DNA of 41,971 nucleotides, taken from contig JBEQAF010000003.1 of assembly GCA_041640455.1 (NCBI GenBank), positions 1 through 41,971 on the forward strand, given 5' to 3'. The notes below the pieces were generated by a model, which worked only from the letters and a program-made list of their open reading frames with translations, was not told the origin of the DNA and searched no databases. Positions 29,745-40,078 of the stretch are shown in pieces (within the stretch, counting starts at the first letter, position 1; each line of letters begins with the position of its first letter). This DNA comes from a bacterium (GTDB taxonomy: Bacteria; CALINM01). Position numbers and translations under genes: made by a program.

Positions 29745-30605
29745 TTAATATTCTTTCCAGAAGTTTGTTTTTATTTTCCCACTGTCAATATCAAAGCTAA
29801 CCTCAACTACCTCTTTAAATTCATCTTTGCTTGCTACAATATTTAGAAAAAAGCTGGTGCTCTTAACTGTAATTATGTCAGATATGTTAACACCTATCAC
29901 ATTCATCTGCGGGAATGCAACCAGCTCCCCTCGGGATTTAAAGGGCTTATCAGCTCTTCTTTCTATTATCCTGTCTGCCAGCTCAGCGCTTATATCTTTA
30001 TGCAGTGCCATTATCAGCTCTTTTTCTGCCGTGTTAATATTTATTTGCCCGTTACCATATATGGTCACATAGGGCTTAAGCTTTTCTAAATCTTCAGACT
30101 TAAAGATATACTTTAATTCAGATAGCGAAAAAAGAAAATAATTTTTTGCGTTTATCTCTCCATCTCCTATTCTTGAGGTTCTATCAAAATCAATATAATC
30201 AACCAGCCTGTCCGCATATGCCTCGTCAAGACCTAAATTTTTGAGAAGTCTTCTCATTATCTCATAGCTTCTCAGATTTATTAAGCCGTTCTGATAGATC
30301 AGACTGTTTAGATTGAGCTTGCTGTTGTTATCCTCCACAAGGGCTGTAACGGTAATATCTTCTACTCTGTCAACAAGTGTTTCAGATTTTTTATCGGTAT
30401 AATCGAGCCTTCTTAAAAACTGCTCTATCTGCTGAGAGGAAAAGGTATAACCAGACTTTAAAACAGAGGACATCTTTTCTGAAAGTTTATAGTTCTCAGT
30501 CATATTTACAAAAAGATAAACCCTTCTCACAAAACTAAACAGGACGCTCACCGTAATGGTAAATACTACCAGCACTATAATTAACACATTTCCTTTATTA
30601 TTCAT
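29745..30605 (-). CDS. gspK: Type II secretion minor pseudopilin K
   Basis: 286 aa with an N-terminal hydrophobic segment GNVLIIVLVV and the GspK-typical ININTAEKELIMAL motif. Confidence 0.7.
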   Translation of the reverse strand: MNNKGNVLIIVLVVFTITVSVLFSFVRRVYLFVNMTENYKLSEKMSSVLKSGYTFSSQQIEQFLRRLDYTDKKSETLVDRVEDITVTALVEDNNSKLNLNSLIYQNGLINLRSYEIMRRLLKNLGLDEAYADRLVDYIDFDRTSRIGDGEINAKNYFLFSLSELKYIFKSEDLEKLKPYVTIYGNGQININTAEKELIMALHKDISAELADRIIERRADKPFKSRGELVAFPQMNVIGVNISDIITVKSTSFFLNIVASKDEFKEVVEVSFDIDSGKIKTNFWKEY

Positions 30606-31186
30606 CTTGCCACCATCAGCTTACATATCTGAGATAGCTCTTCACTGTCTCTTTCGCCTTTCTTAAGATATATGGATATTTTTACAAATTCAGGGATTTT
30701 CTGGGAGTTTTCACTGTTATAAACCTTTTTTTCCAGATTGTCCTCATAAGATACTACCCTGAAACCTGCTATGTCTCTCAAAATTATTATCCTGTGTGCC
30801 CGGTCCTCTTTCAGCGGGTCGTAGATCTTCTTATAAAGGTTCAGGGTACCTTCACTTTCTTCCACAAAGTAACTGACAACTTTAGTGCCTTCTTTAAAAA
30901 AACTGGTAAAGGTAATCTTGCTTGCAGGTTTTCCAAAAAAGTCATTCTCCTCCACTTTTATACCTGAATATGGAAGCTTCCTGTCAAAATAAATGCTCTC
31001 CACCTCTTTTCTCATAACGCTGAGCAGATTAAAGACCTTCTCCCTGTTTTTCATTAACTCATATACATCAAGGCTACCTCTTTTAAGGGCAAAAAAGACT
31101 GTATAGGCAGCAGAGATTACAACCATTGATATGGCAACTGCGATTAGTATCTCTATGAGTGTATAGGCTTTATTGTTTTTTAACAT
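30602..31186 (-). CDS. gspJ: Type II secretion minor pseudopilin J
   Basis: Prepilin-type N-terminus KAYTLIEILIAV, 194 aa, in the gspJ position. Confidence 0.65.
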   Translation of the reverse strand: MLKNNKAYTLIEILIAVAISMVVISAAYTVFFALKRGSLDVYELMKNREKVFNLLSVMRKEVESIYFDRKLPYSGIKVEENDFFGKPASKITFTSFFKEGTKVVSYFVEESEGTLNLYKKIYDPLKEDRAHRIIILRDIAGFRVVSYEDNLEKKVYNSENSQKIPEFVKISIYLKKGERDSEELSQICKLMVAR

Positions 31187-31553
31187 AGCTAAATAGGGTT
31201 ACCTCATTTTTTCCATAACTGGCTCTTGATATAACCTTTTTAATACCAAGCATAAACTCTTCTTCTGTAACTACATAATTTATGTTTTCTTTTACACCTG
31301 TCATGGCAGAAAGCTTTCCCTTCTCGTAAAGATATAGATTTTCTTTTGCCACCAGAATAAGTTTTATTTCATCCTTTTTATCCTCAAAAATCCCCAGATG
31401 GTAAGAAAATGATGAAAGCACTGCTACAAGAGTGGTTGCCACAATAAAAAGGGCAACCATTACTTCAATTAAGGTAAAAGCTCTTTCACTCCTATTAATC
31501 CCTCTCGCTTTTAGACCAAAAAGTTTAATCATAAAACTCTTTTCTACCTTCAA
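31170..31553 (-). CDS. gspI: Type II secretion minor pseudopilin I
   Basis: Prepilin-type N-terminus RAFTLIEVMVALFIV. The ATG at 31532 (MIKLFG...) is a plausible alternative start that overlaps gspH by 8 nt. Confidence 0.65.
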   Translation of the reverse strand: MKVEKSFMIKLFGLKARGINRSERAFTLIEVMVALFIVATTLVAVLSSFSYHLGIFEDKKDEIKLILVAKENLYLYEKGKLSAMTGVKENINYVVTEEEFMLGIKKVISRASYGKNEVTLFSYVKKQ

Positions 31554-31977
31554 ATATTTCTATCTCACCGGTCACATTGTTTAGAAATAGTGTCTGCTCC
31601 TTCCCGCCTTTTTTCTGATAAAAAACAAGAAAATCTTCCGAAGGGAACGGTGGAAAGCTGATTATAACCTGACCATCTCTTATAAGCCCCGAATTTGGGA
31701 TCAGCACCTCCCAGAGCTCATTATCTTTCATGGATAATTTTTTTTCTGCCTTTGATGATCTAAATGAGAAAAATCTTTCCTTAAAGTCAATCTTTAGAAC
31801 CCCCTCTTTTTTTGAGGTGATGGCATCTTCTCTGAGATCCTTTAGATAGGAAGAGAGTGATACCTCTTCTTTAATACCTATCTCTTTAAATAATGCAGGG
31901 GCTGTAAAAAAAGAAACTGTTGTGATGATAAAAATAACTACCAGCAGTTCAATTAAGGTAAAACCCTTTTTTTTCAA
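31525..31977 (-). CDS. gspH: Type II secretion minor pseudopilin H
   Basis: MKKKGFTLIELLVVIFII prepilin leader, 150 aa, in the gspH position. Confidence 0.65.
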   Translation of the reverse strand: MKKKGFTLIELLVVIFIITTVSFFTAPALFKEIGIKEEVSLSSYLKDLREDAITSKKEGVLKIDFKERFFSFRSSKAEKKLSMKDNELWEVLIPNSGLIRDGQVIISFPPFPSEDFLVFYQKKGGKEQTLFLNNVTGEIEIFEGRKEFYD

Positions 31978-31981
31978 AGCT

Positions 31982-32413
31982 TTAGTTAATCTCCCAGCTA
32001 TTTATATCGGCGTTAATCCCTTCTCCACCTGGTTTTCCGTCTGCGCCGTATGAGGACAGATCAAAATCTCCATGAGCACCTGGTGAAATATAGATATAAT
32101 CATTCCCCCAGGGATCTTTGGGCAGGTTTTTTTTCTCCAGATAACCCCCTTCCCTGTATTTTTCCGGAACTGGAGCTATGGAAGGTTTTCTAACAAGCGC
32201 CTCAAGCCCCTGCTCTGTCGTGGGATACGTGCCGTTATCAAGCTTATAAAGTTTTAATGCGGTGCTAAGATTTACAATCTGAATCTTTGCCTCCGCAATC
32301 CTGGCATCATCGGTTCTACCTATAACTTTGGGACCCACAAGTGCAGCAAGCAGCGCCAGAATAAAAACCACCACAAGAATCTCAATTAATGTAAAACCTC
32401 TTTTATCTCTCAT
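31982..32413 (-). CDS. gspG: Type II secretion major pseudopilin G
   Basis: 143 aa beginning [30 protein letters not shown], with a GspG-typical body ([26 protein letters not shown]). Confidence 0.9.
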   Translation of the reverse strand: MRDKRGFTLIEILVVVFILALLAALVGPKVIGRTDDARIAEAKIQIVNLSTALKLYKLDNGTYPTTEQGLEALVRKPSIAPVPEKYREGGYLEKKNLPKDPWGNDYIYISPGAHGDFDLSSYGADGKPGGEGINADINSWEIN

Positions 32414-32433
32414 ATTACCTCCATAATCTTTAG

Positions 32434-33597
32434 TTATCTGATGACCTGATTCATCTGAAATATGGGCATAAGTATAGAGATAACCATTAATCCTACAAAG
32501 ATACCCATAAAAAGTATAATGGAAGGTTCCAGAATCCTCAGGAAATTTTCTGTTGCCTTCCTGAAATCTCTTTCTGCCATATCGGCAAGTTTAATAAGTG
32601 AATCATAGAGGTTTCCTGTTTTTTCACCCGTATGGATTATCTGCAGGTAAGTAGGGGGCAAAAAATTTATCACCTCCGATAACCTTTTCCCCTCCTTAAT
32701 ATCCTCTTTTGCTTTTTCTATCTCAAGACTGATATATGCGTTCCCTGTCACGTCCCTGCTAAAAGAGAGTGCACTTACAATGGGTACCCCTCCTTTTAGT
32801 AGAAGCCCGAATATGCGGCAGAATCTTGAAATGTAAAGACTTTTTATCGCCCGTATAGATGATTGGTAAAGAAACTTATGAAAATAATAACGTTTTTTTA
32901 TCAAAAATCTTTTCAAGCTGAAAAAAATAAGAAAGAATGCTATTAGAAGCAGATACCAGAATCTTTCGAGAAAGGCACTGATACTAATAAAGAGCCTGGT
33001 AAGGAACGGAAGCGGCACCTTCTGTTCCAAAAAAATACTTGTAATCTTTGGAAATACAAATGAAAAGATAAATACAATGAGAATTAATGACACTGCTATC
33101 ATAAAGGCAGGATAAATCATTGCTGATTTTATCTTATCTTTAATCTCCTTTTCTCTTTCCAGAAATGCTGAAAGGTCAAAAAGTACCTTATCGAGCGTTC
33201 CAGATTCTTCTCCAGCCCTTACCATAGAAACTGCAAAGGATGGAAAAAAATCCTTTCTAATCTCCATTGATGAAGAGAGACTCATACCTTTTATAAGATT
33301 TGAATGTATCTCGTCAAGGATAACCTTAATTCTTCCCGTGGCTTCAAGAGATAAGGATTTAACCGCATCAGGAACCAGCACACCAGCCGAAATCATGGAG
33401 GAAAGGTTGAGAAAAATATCCGATAACCCTATATCTTTTTCAAGTTTAAATCGTTTTTTTTCTGCCAGCGCTATCTCTTTAATATATAAGCCCCGTTCTT
33501 TTAACGCGCTAACAGCCTCATTCTCTGAGGTTGAAAAGATCTCTCCCCTTATCTCCTTACCATCCAAACCATAGGCAGTATATCTGAAGTTGGGCAT
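32434..33597 (-). CDS. gspF: Type II secretion inner-membrane platform protein F
   Basis: 387 aa with the duplicated GspF/PilC domain architecture and 3 TM segments. Confidence 0.85.
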   Translation of the reverse strand: MPNFRYTAYGLDGKEIRGEIFSTSENEAVSALKERGLYIKEIALAEKKRFKLEKDIGLSDIFLNLSSMISAGVLVPDAVKSLSLEATGRIKVILDEIHSNLIKGMSLSSSMEIRKDFFPSFAVSMVRAGEESGTLDKVLFDLSAFLEREKEIKDKIKSAMIYPAFMIAVSLILIVFIFSFVFPKITSIFLEQKVPLPFLTRLFISISAFLERFWYLLLIAFFLIFFSLKRFLIKKRYYFHKFLYQSSIRAIKSLYISRFCRIFGLLLKGGVPIVSALSFSRDVTGNAYISLEIEKAKEDIKEGKRLSEVINFLPPTYLQIIHTGEKTGNLYDSLIKLADMAERDFRKATENFLRILEPSIILFMGIFVGLMVISILMPIFQMNQVIR

Positions 33598-33606
33598 AAT
33601 TAATTT

Positions 33607-35118
33607 TTAACCCTCATTAACGTTTGTAACTCTTAAAACCTCTTCAATTGTGGTAGTTCCGTCTTTAATCTTCGAGATTCCATCGTCAAGAAGTGTTTCC
33701 ATCCCTTTCTTTACAGCCATATTTTTTATAGCTCTTGCATCACTTCTTGTCATTATTTTTTCTTTAATATCATCATCTATCACCAACAGCTCATAAATGC
33801 CTGTTCTTCCTGAATAACCTTTGAAATTACACTGCTTACATCCTGCCCCACTGTAAACATAATCCTGATCCTTTAATGCAGGAATCAATCTTTTATGTTC
33901 CTCAGAAAGAGGGATCTCGGTTTTGCAGTGGGTGCATATCTTTCTCACGAGCCTCTGCGCCAGAACACCTGTCAGAGATGAGGCAATGAGAAAGGGCTCT
34001 ATCTCCATATCAACAAGTCTGGTGACAGCACTGGCTGAATCATTGGTATGCAGAGTGGAGAGCACGAGATGCCCCGTGAGGGATGCCTGAATGGCTATCT
34101 CAGCAGTTTCTCTGTCTCTTATCTCACCTATCATTACAATATCAGGATCCTGTCTAAGAATAGATCTGAGCCCTGCGGCAAAGGTTAGATTAATTCTTGG
34201 ATTAACCTGTATCTGACCAATTCCTTTAATCTGATACTCCACAGGGTCTTCTATTGTTATAATGTTTTTCTCTTCCGAAAATATTTTTAACAGGCTTGCA
34301 TAAAGAGTGGTGGTTTTACCTGAACCTGTAGGACCTGTAACCAGTATAATGCCATTAGATCTGAAAAGTAAATTTTCAAAGGCTTTAAGCTTATCCTTTT
34401 CAAGCCCCAGCTCGTTCAGGCTCATTACCCCCTTCATCCTGTCTAAAATCCTTAGCACTGCACGCTCACCAAAAAATGTAGGGATTATGGACACTCTTAT
34501 ATCGATATCCTTCCCTCCCACAATAAGTCTGATTCTACCATCCTGCGGCAGTCTTTTCTCTGCAATGTCAAGATTGGCAAGCACTTTTATTCGGGATATA
34601 AGAGACTCATGAATAATCTTTGGAGGTTGCAGAACTTTTCTTAAAATTCCATCTACCCTGAACCTTACCTCCAGCTCTTTCTCATAGGGCTCTATATGAA
34701 TATCCGATGCCCTTTCCTTCACTGCCTCAAGGAAAAGCGCATTGAGCAGTTTAATAATCGGGGCATCATCCTTAAGTTCAAGCAGGTCTTTGGGTAGCTC
34801 TCCATACTGAGTAAGTCCGCCTAACCCCTCCTCTTCAATCTCACCCATCACATTCTGAGCCGATGATACAAGGCTGTAAGCCTCGTTTAAAAGTGAGATT
34901 AGCTCCTTTTCCTCAATTTTTTCATACTCATAGTCAACGCCAAGTTTCCTTGAAAAATCCCTTAGCGCCAGAACCCCATTTTCGTGAGCAACGAGCCCTG
35001 AGACCTTATTATCTTCTCTTTTATATATTAAAAGCCTGTTGTTTTTTAAAAACTTGTATGGTATCTCCCTGAGTATGGCAAGGTCAATATCTGCAAGCTC
35101 TATTCTCTTCTTTTCCAT
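33607..35118 (-). CDS. gspE: Type II secretion ATPase E
   Basis: 503 aa with Walker A GPTGSGKTT, Asp/His boxes, and the tetracysteine motif CTHC...CKQC. Confidence 0.9.
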   Translation of the reverse strand: MEKKRIELADIDLAILREIPYKFLKNNRLLIYKREDNKVSGLVAHENGVLALRDFSRKLGVDYEYEKIEEKELISLLNEAYSLVSSAQNVMGEIEEEGLGGLTQYGELPKDLLELKDDAPIIKLLNALFLEAVKERASDIHIEPYEKELEVRFRVDGILRKVLQPPKIIHESLISRIKVLANLDIAEKRLPQDGRIRLIVGGKDIDIRVSIIPTFFGERAVLRILDRMKGVMSLNELGLEKDKLKAFENLLFRSNGIILVTGPTGSGKTTTLYASLLKIFSEEKNIITIEDPVEYQIKGIGQIQVNPRINLTFAAGLRSILRQDPDIVMIGEIRDRETAEIAIQASLTGHLVLSTLHTNDSASAVTRLVDMEIEPFLIASSLTGVLAQRLVRKICTHCKTEIPLSEEHKRLIPALKDQDYVYSGAGCKQCNFKGYSGRTGIYELLVIDDDIKEKIMTRSDARAIKNMAVKKGMETLLDDGISKIKDGTTTIEEVLRVTNVNEG

Positions 35119-35162
35119 AGGCTATATGCCCTGCCCTGATGAGCTAATAAATATTTTTTTAA

Positions 35163-37229
35163 TCATCCTTCGCTTTTTCTCACCTTAATATTGGGTTCAA
35201 TATATTCAATAATGCCTTTCTTCATAAAGATATCTTTTATCTCCTGAAAACCCTTATCTACCGGTATCTCGATGAGATACATTCTTTCCATGAGCTTTTT
35301 CTTAATAGACATTTTGTTTTCCTTTAAAAACTTATCAAACTCTGATTCTGAAACCCCTTCCTTTATTTTTACAATTGCCTCATTGAAGGTCTCCTCACTC
35401 ATTTTATTGGAATAATCACTAATTTTTTTATTGGTCAGCTGTGCAAGTTCTGAAGAGTCTCTGATAATGTGGGGGGTCAAAAAGACCAGTAGATTGGTCT
35501 TTCTTGTCTCATAAGACTTATACCTGAAAAGAAATCCAAGAATGGGAATATCTCCAAGAAAAGGCACTTTGGTAATTATCTCTTCTGTTTTTTCCTGCAT
35601 CAGTCCGCTGATTACTACGGTCTGCTTGTCTTTAACAACCACAGAGGTTTTTGTTGACCTTTTGGTAGTGGTAGGTCCAAGATTTAGTAGCTCTTCCTTT
35701 GTCACCTGCTTGAGAGATGATATCTCCTGATAAATATCCAGCTTTACATACTCACCTTCGGTTATCTGCGGCGTTATCTTTAAGTTTATTCCCACATCCT
35801 TTCTTTCAATAACGTTAAAATAGGACTGTAAAGTGGTTGTAGAAGTATTCTGCTCCCTTCTGGAAATAAATGGCACATTCTCACCAACTATTATCTCTGC
35901 CTCCTTATTATCAGAGGTAAGTATCTGGGGTGTGGAGAGCACATTTACGGCATCTTTAAACTCGTTAAGGCTGAACAGGGCTGAGAAACCAGGTATGGTA
36001 AGACTACCTGTTCCTGCAGGGTTGGGGATGTCAAAAAAGTTTCCGATGCCACCGATTGAAAATCCCGAAAGCCCGTTAATTACCGATAACATGGTAGAGC
36101 TGTCAATGTTTCCGAAGCCGGTTATGGCGACCGGTTCGCTGTTATTTCTTACCACCGTTCTCCATTTTGATCCCAGCTCTTTTAACTTATCGAGAGAAGC
36201 CTCCACTATCATAGCCTCCACAAATACCTGTTTCCTTCTCTTGTCAAGATTTTTAATAATACTCTCAAGCTGGGGATAAAGATGAGGAGGACAGCTAATG
36301 ATAAGGGAATTTGTTGCCTTATCCGGTGTTATGCTTATACGGGGCTTTTCCTGAGGCTTTGCACCTGCCTTTACCTCATCAAGGGTCTTTACCGTTGAGT
36401 CCAGCACCTTTGAAAGCTCAGTGGCATCTGCATTTTCAAGAAAGTAAACATATATATTGCCTTTTACCTCCCTTGCAGGGATATCAATAAGCTCTACCAC
36501 CTTCTTTATATAATCCATAAGAAGCGGTGAGCTCACAACTACAAGCGCATTAAGTCTCGAATCGGCAAATATCTTTGCATCCTCCTGAGGCTGGGCTTTA
36601 TCTTTCTTTAAAACCGAATCGGTTAAAAACTTTGCCACATCCTCTGCCGAAGCATTTTTGACATATATAATCTCAGGCTTCTCTTTTAGAGCTGGTTTAT
36701 CAATATAGCTTAAAAGATGCTCAAGTCTTTTTATATTCGTAGCGCTATCTACAATCAGCAGATACTCTCCCGTACCAAATATAGATATATGCCCATCCTT
36801 TGATATTAAAGGCTGGAGAAATCTTAAGGTAACATCAGGATTGACATACTGTATCGGTATGAGCTTGGTTATATAGTTATCGTTTACCTTATCTGATTCG
36901 GGTGAGAGTGTTTTGGCATCTCTTGAAGGAACAATCTTTAACAAATTTCCAGGAGCTGGAACTACTGTATAGCCCTTCAGGTTTAAAACAGCTGTAAAAA
37001 GATTATATGCCTCATCGGCAGATATCTTTGAAGGAGCTATGATGGTCACCTTACCTTTTACATTATCATCAAAAATAAAGTTCTTCCCCGTTACATCGCT
37101 TATAAACTTAACCACATTGGTTATTTCTGCATCCTGAAGATTAACTGTAATCAGCTTTTTCTTCTGCTCAGCCAGCACATGGGTATGAAACGCAAAAATT
37201 ATCAAAACAATCAGGATTAATCTTTTCAC
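35163..37229 (-). CDS. gspD: Type II secretion secretin D with a ~95-aa C-terminal extension
   Basis: 688 aa with a signal peptide, an N0 domain (ITNVVKFISDVTGKNFIFD), and a secretin core (VPFLGDIPILGFLFR ... LLVFLTPHII). An additional tail follows. Confidence 0.9.
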   Translation of the reverse strand: MKRLILIVLIIFAFHTHVLAEQKKKLITVNLQDAEITNVVKFISDVTGKNFIFDDNVKGKVTIIAPSKISADEAYNLFTAVLNLKGYTVVPAPGNLLKIVPSRDAKTLSPESDKVNDNYITKLIPIQYVNPDVTLRFLQPLISKDGHISIFGTGEYLLIVDSATNIKRLEHLLSYIDKPALKEKPEIIYVKNASAEDVAKFLTDSVLKKDKAQPQEDAKIFADSRLNALVVVSSPLLMDYIKKVVELIDIPAREVKGNIYVYFLENADATELSKVLDSTVKTLDEVKAGAKPQEKPRISITPDKATNSLIISCPPHLYPQLESIIKNLDKRRKQVFVEAMIVEASLDKLKELGSKWRTVVRNNSEPVAITGFGNIDSSTMLSVINGLSGFSIGGIGNFFDIPNPAGTGSLTIPGFSALFSLNEFKDAVNVLSTPQILTSDNKEAEIIVGENVPFISRREQNTSTTTLQSYFNVIERKDVGINLKITPQITEGEYVKLDIYQEISSLKQVTKEELLNLGPTTTKRSTKTSVVVKDKQTVVISGLMQEKTEEIITKVPFLGDIPILGFLFRYKSYETRKTNLLVFLTPHIIRDSSELAQLTNKKISDYSNKMSEETFNEAIVKIKEGVSESEFDKFLKENKMSIKKKLMERMYLIEIPVDKGFQEIKDIFMKKGIIEYIEPNIKVRKSEG

Positions 37230-37243
37230 AGCTCCTCCTGCTG

Positions 37244-38095
37244 TTAATTTATAATAAAAACAAGGGTCTTCCTGCCACCATCTCTTAAAATATCAAGCTC
37301 CACCTTATCCAGCTCTTTCAGCAGGTTAAATATCTTAATGCCATCATTGGGAGAAGTAAGTTCAATATTATTTGCCCTTAATATCACATCGCCGTTTTTA
37401 AGTCCGATACTTTCATAAAAGCCACCAGGTCTGACCTCTTTTATTATGAACCCCTGTTGCCTGCCGTTTACAATATTTGGAAGAAGTCTTGCATCTGTCA
37501 GTATCTCTTTTGGATCTTCAAGAAATCTTTTTATCTGCTCCCTGCTAAAGGTTCTGCTACCAGACAAACTATCCTGAGAAGGTGAAAAGCCCTGTTCGGT
37601 AACGGATGCCTGTTTTTTCTCCTCCTTAACAATCCCCTCAAGATAAAGGGTAAAACCTTTAGAGCCCTGAGATATATATACATGATCACTGGAAACCAGA
37701 CTTAGTTTTCCTGCAGAAAATACATCCTCGCCTGACTTGAATAATACCTGCTTTCCCTCCCTGTTTTCTATAAAGGCATAGCCAGGGTATAGGGTTATTA
37801 CCCCTTTTAGCTTAAACCCCGTTGCATCAACGGTAGAAACTGTCTCTCCCCTTTTCTCAATTACTGAAAAAGAAACCCCTGGTATTCCAAAGATGTTTTT
37901 GTCAACCAGCTGAGCATAATCCTGAATGGGTTTTGAAAATACCTTTTTTTCTTCCTTCCTATCCCTGACTGAAACTTCTATCCTATAGGTATAAATCTTT
38001 ATTATATTGCCGAGATAATATGATAAAACCAGAATCCCAAATCCTATACCCAGCAGATCAATAATTTTCCTTTTATTTATCTTCACCATTTCCAT
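37244..38095 (-). CDS. gspC: Type II secretion protein C (TM + HR region + PDZ)
   Basis: 283 aa with an N-terminal TM and a C-terminal PDZ domain (GFIIKEVRPGGFYESIGLKNGDVILRANNIEL). It lies immediately upstream of gspD. Confidence 0.7.
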   Translation of the reverse strand: MEMVKINKRKIIDLLGIGFGILVLSYYLGNIIKIYTYRIEVSVRDRKEEKKVFSKPIQDYAQLVDKNIFGIPGVSFSVIEKRGETVSTVDATGFKLKGVITLYPGYAFIENREGKQVLFKSGEDVFSAGKLSLVSSDHVYISQGSKGFTLYLEGIVKEEKKQASVTEQGFSPSQDSLSGSRTFSREQIKRFLEDPKEILTDARLLPNIVNGRQQGFIIKEVRPGGFYESIGLKNGDVILRANNIELTSPNDGIKIFNLLKELDKVELDILRDGGRKTLVFIIN

Positions 38096-38970
38096 AACGT
38101 TATTAGAAAAATTATTATAAACACATTAACCAGGTTTGTATAGGCAAGAAAATAAAATACTTTAATTGACCTATCGTCGCTTCCTTCTTCTTCAATTGCA
38201 ATATTAACAGTGTTAAATCTGTTTAAAACCTCTTCTTTGTGAGGTGCCAGCTTTAATGCCTCAGTGAGATCAGAGCCTGCAAAATGTCTTCCCATATGAA
38301 CTCCATCTCTCCAGAGCTGACTGCTGGTAAGGTCATAAATTTTTCCATCATATTTTATATAAGCCGGTCGTCCCTCTTTTCCATCATAATAATCCAATCT
38401 ACCTTTGCTTGAACGCTCCTTTCTCTTTCTCATTTTTGGACCAAGAAACAAAGTTACAAAAAGAGCCGACAGGAACATGAGAACAAAGAATATAATTTTT
38501 ACAGAGAGGATTATTCCCCAACTGCTGGAAAAAAGATCCGTTAGTTTATCAATTTTGAATAAAGTCAATACACTGCCAGAAACTGCCATAATAATTATTG
38601 AAACCCAGCCAAGAATAAGCTCTCCCCGTGGTAGCCCCTTTGATGCATAGCCTGGTTTTAGTATTAAGTGAACATAAAGTATAGTTCCAAACCATGCAAT
38701 ACCAAACAGGATATGAAGATAATAGAAAAAAAATCTGATCACTCTTTTGACAGGACTAATGCCTCTAATCTCTTTTAAATACTTAACTCCCTCCGCAGTA
38801 AGCTCACTTCCGCCATCTGCATTTTTATGGCAGTAAATACAATCCTTTCCTGTTTTTTCAGCATAAAATTCAGTGGTATAGCCATATCTTGTTAATCCAA
38901 GTACTAAAACTGCAATAAAAAACAGCCTTACAAGATTAGCCATTTTCAAATATCCCATTATACTAATCAA
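38083..38970 (-). CDS. Composite membrane heme protein: signal/TM, CxxCH c-heme motif, CopD-like multi-TM block, cytochrome b5-like heme/steroid-binding domain, terminal TM
   Basis: CIYCH lies near the N-terminus, followed by four hydrophobic helices. Then comes YYDGKEGRPAYIKYDGKIYDLTSSQLWRDGVHMGRHFAGSDLTEALKLAPH (b5-like, COG4892-type). The track start is TTG; ATGs at 38958 or 38943 are alternatives. Its TGA stop lies inside the gspC start region. Confidence 0.6.
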   Translation of the reverse strand: MISIMGYLKMANLVRLFFIAVLVLGLTRYGYTTEFYAEKTGKDCIYCHKNADGGSELTAEGVKYLKEIRGISPVKRVIRFFFYYLHILFGIAWFGTILYVHLILKPGYASKGLPRGELILGWVSIIIMAVSGSVLTLFKIDKLTDLFSSSWGIILSVKIIFFVLMFLSALFVTLFLGPKMRKRKERSSKGRLDYYDGKEGRPAYIKYDGKIYDLTSSQLWRDGVHMGRHFAGSDLTEALKLAPHKEEVLNRFNTVNIAIEEEGSDDRSIKVFYFLAYTNLVNVFIIIFLITLWKW

Positions 38971-40069
38971 TACTTATTAACTCATAATCTTTTTTTCCCA
39001 GACCTATCTTTTCCGCATAATTTAGCTGAACATTCCAGTCAATTTCTGGATATACTCCTCTAAACTTATCCTCATTAGAATTGAAACCCGATTTTAATGC
39101 TGTATTCTGATTTCCCACCTCTTTATTAACCAGATCTACACTTGCCATGTCTATGGCTACAGGATCTTTTGAGGCAAGGATACCTATATCTCTTGTGATA
39201 GGATAATCATTATGTCCGTAGCAGTCGCAGGCTGGGCTTATCTGCGTAAGAAAGTTTATATACACTGCTTTTTTACCTTTGCAAGCACCGTATGCATGCT
39301 CTATCATCTTTTTCTGTAATACAGGCACCTGTTCATTCCAGTTAATTACTATGGCACCCTTTGGACAAACCAGTATACACTCTGCACAACCAACACAATG
39401 CCTGTCAAGAATCTCTGCCTTTTTATCAACCATAATAATTGCACCATGATTACAGCTCTTGACACAGAGCTCACATCCCACACAGTTTTTTTTCTTAACA
39501 GATGGAGAGATATTTGAATGCTGGGCAAGCTTCCCCTCCCTGCTGGCACAGCCCATTCCCAGATTTTTCAGGGCACCGCCAAAGCCAGTTAGTTCGTGGC
39601 ATTTAAAATGAGACATTACCACCATCCCATCAGCTCTTGCTATTTCAGAACCTATGGAGACATGCTTAAATATCTCAAGGTTAACTTCAACCTTTTTAAA
39701 ACTTCCACCTGTCAGTCCATCTCCAATAATGATAGGAGCATTAACAACTGCGTAATCAAAGCCATTAAATATGGCATTCTCAATATGACTTACCGAATCA
39801 CCTCTTGATCCTTTGTAAAGTGTATTGCAATCAGTGATAAAAGGTTTGGTTTTTAATTTTTTTAACTCATCCACAACGACTCTTACAAAATTGGGTCTTA
39901 TAAAAGATAGATTACCTTTTTCACCAAAATGAACTTTAATAGCCACCAGCTCCTGCTCTTTAAAAATGTCTTTAATATCAAGATTATCAAGCAGAATTCT
40001 CAATTTGTCCAGAAGGTTTCTTCCAATTTTTGTTCTCAAATTTGCAAAATAAACCTTAGATTTATCCAT
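38963..40069 (-). CDS. DUF362-family protein with inserted 2x[4Fe-4S] ferredoxin domain
   Basis: 368 aa with two CxxCxxCxxxC(P) motifs (CVGCELCVKSC, CVGCAECILVCP) within a DUF362-like frame. The family name is from memory. Confidence 0.6.
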   Translation of the reverse strand: MDKSKVYFANLRTKIGRNLLDKLRILLDNLDIKDIFKEQELVAIKVHFGEKGNLSFIRPNFVRVVVDELKKLKTKPFITDCNTLYKGSRGDSVSHIENAIFNGFDYAVVNAPIIIGDGLTGGSFKKVEVNLEIFKHVSIGSEIARADGMVVMSHFKCHELTGFGGALKNLGMGCASREGKLAQHSNISPSVKKKNCVGCELCVKSCNHGAIIMVDKKAEILDRHCVGCAECILVCPKGAIVINWNEQVPVLQKKMIEHAYGACKGKKAVYINFLTQISPACDCYGHNDYPITRDIGILASKDPVAIDMASVDLVNKEVGNQNTALKSGFNSNEDKFRGVYPEIDWNVQLNYAEKIGLGKKDYELISID

Positions 40070-40078
40070 AGCTCCTCC

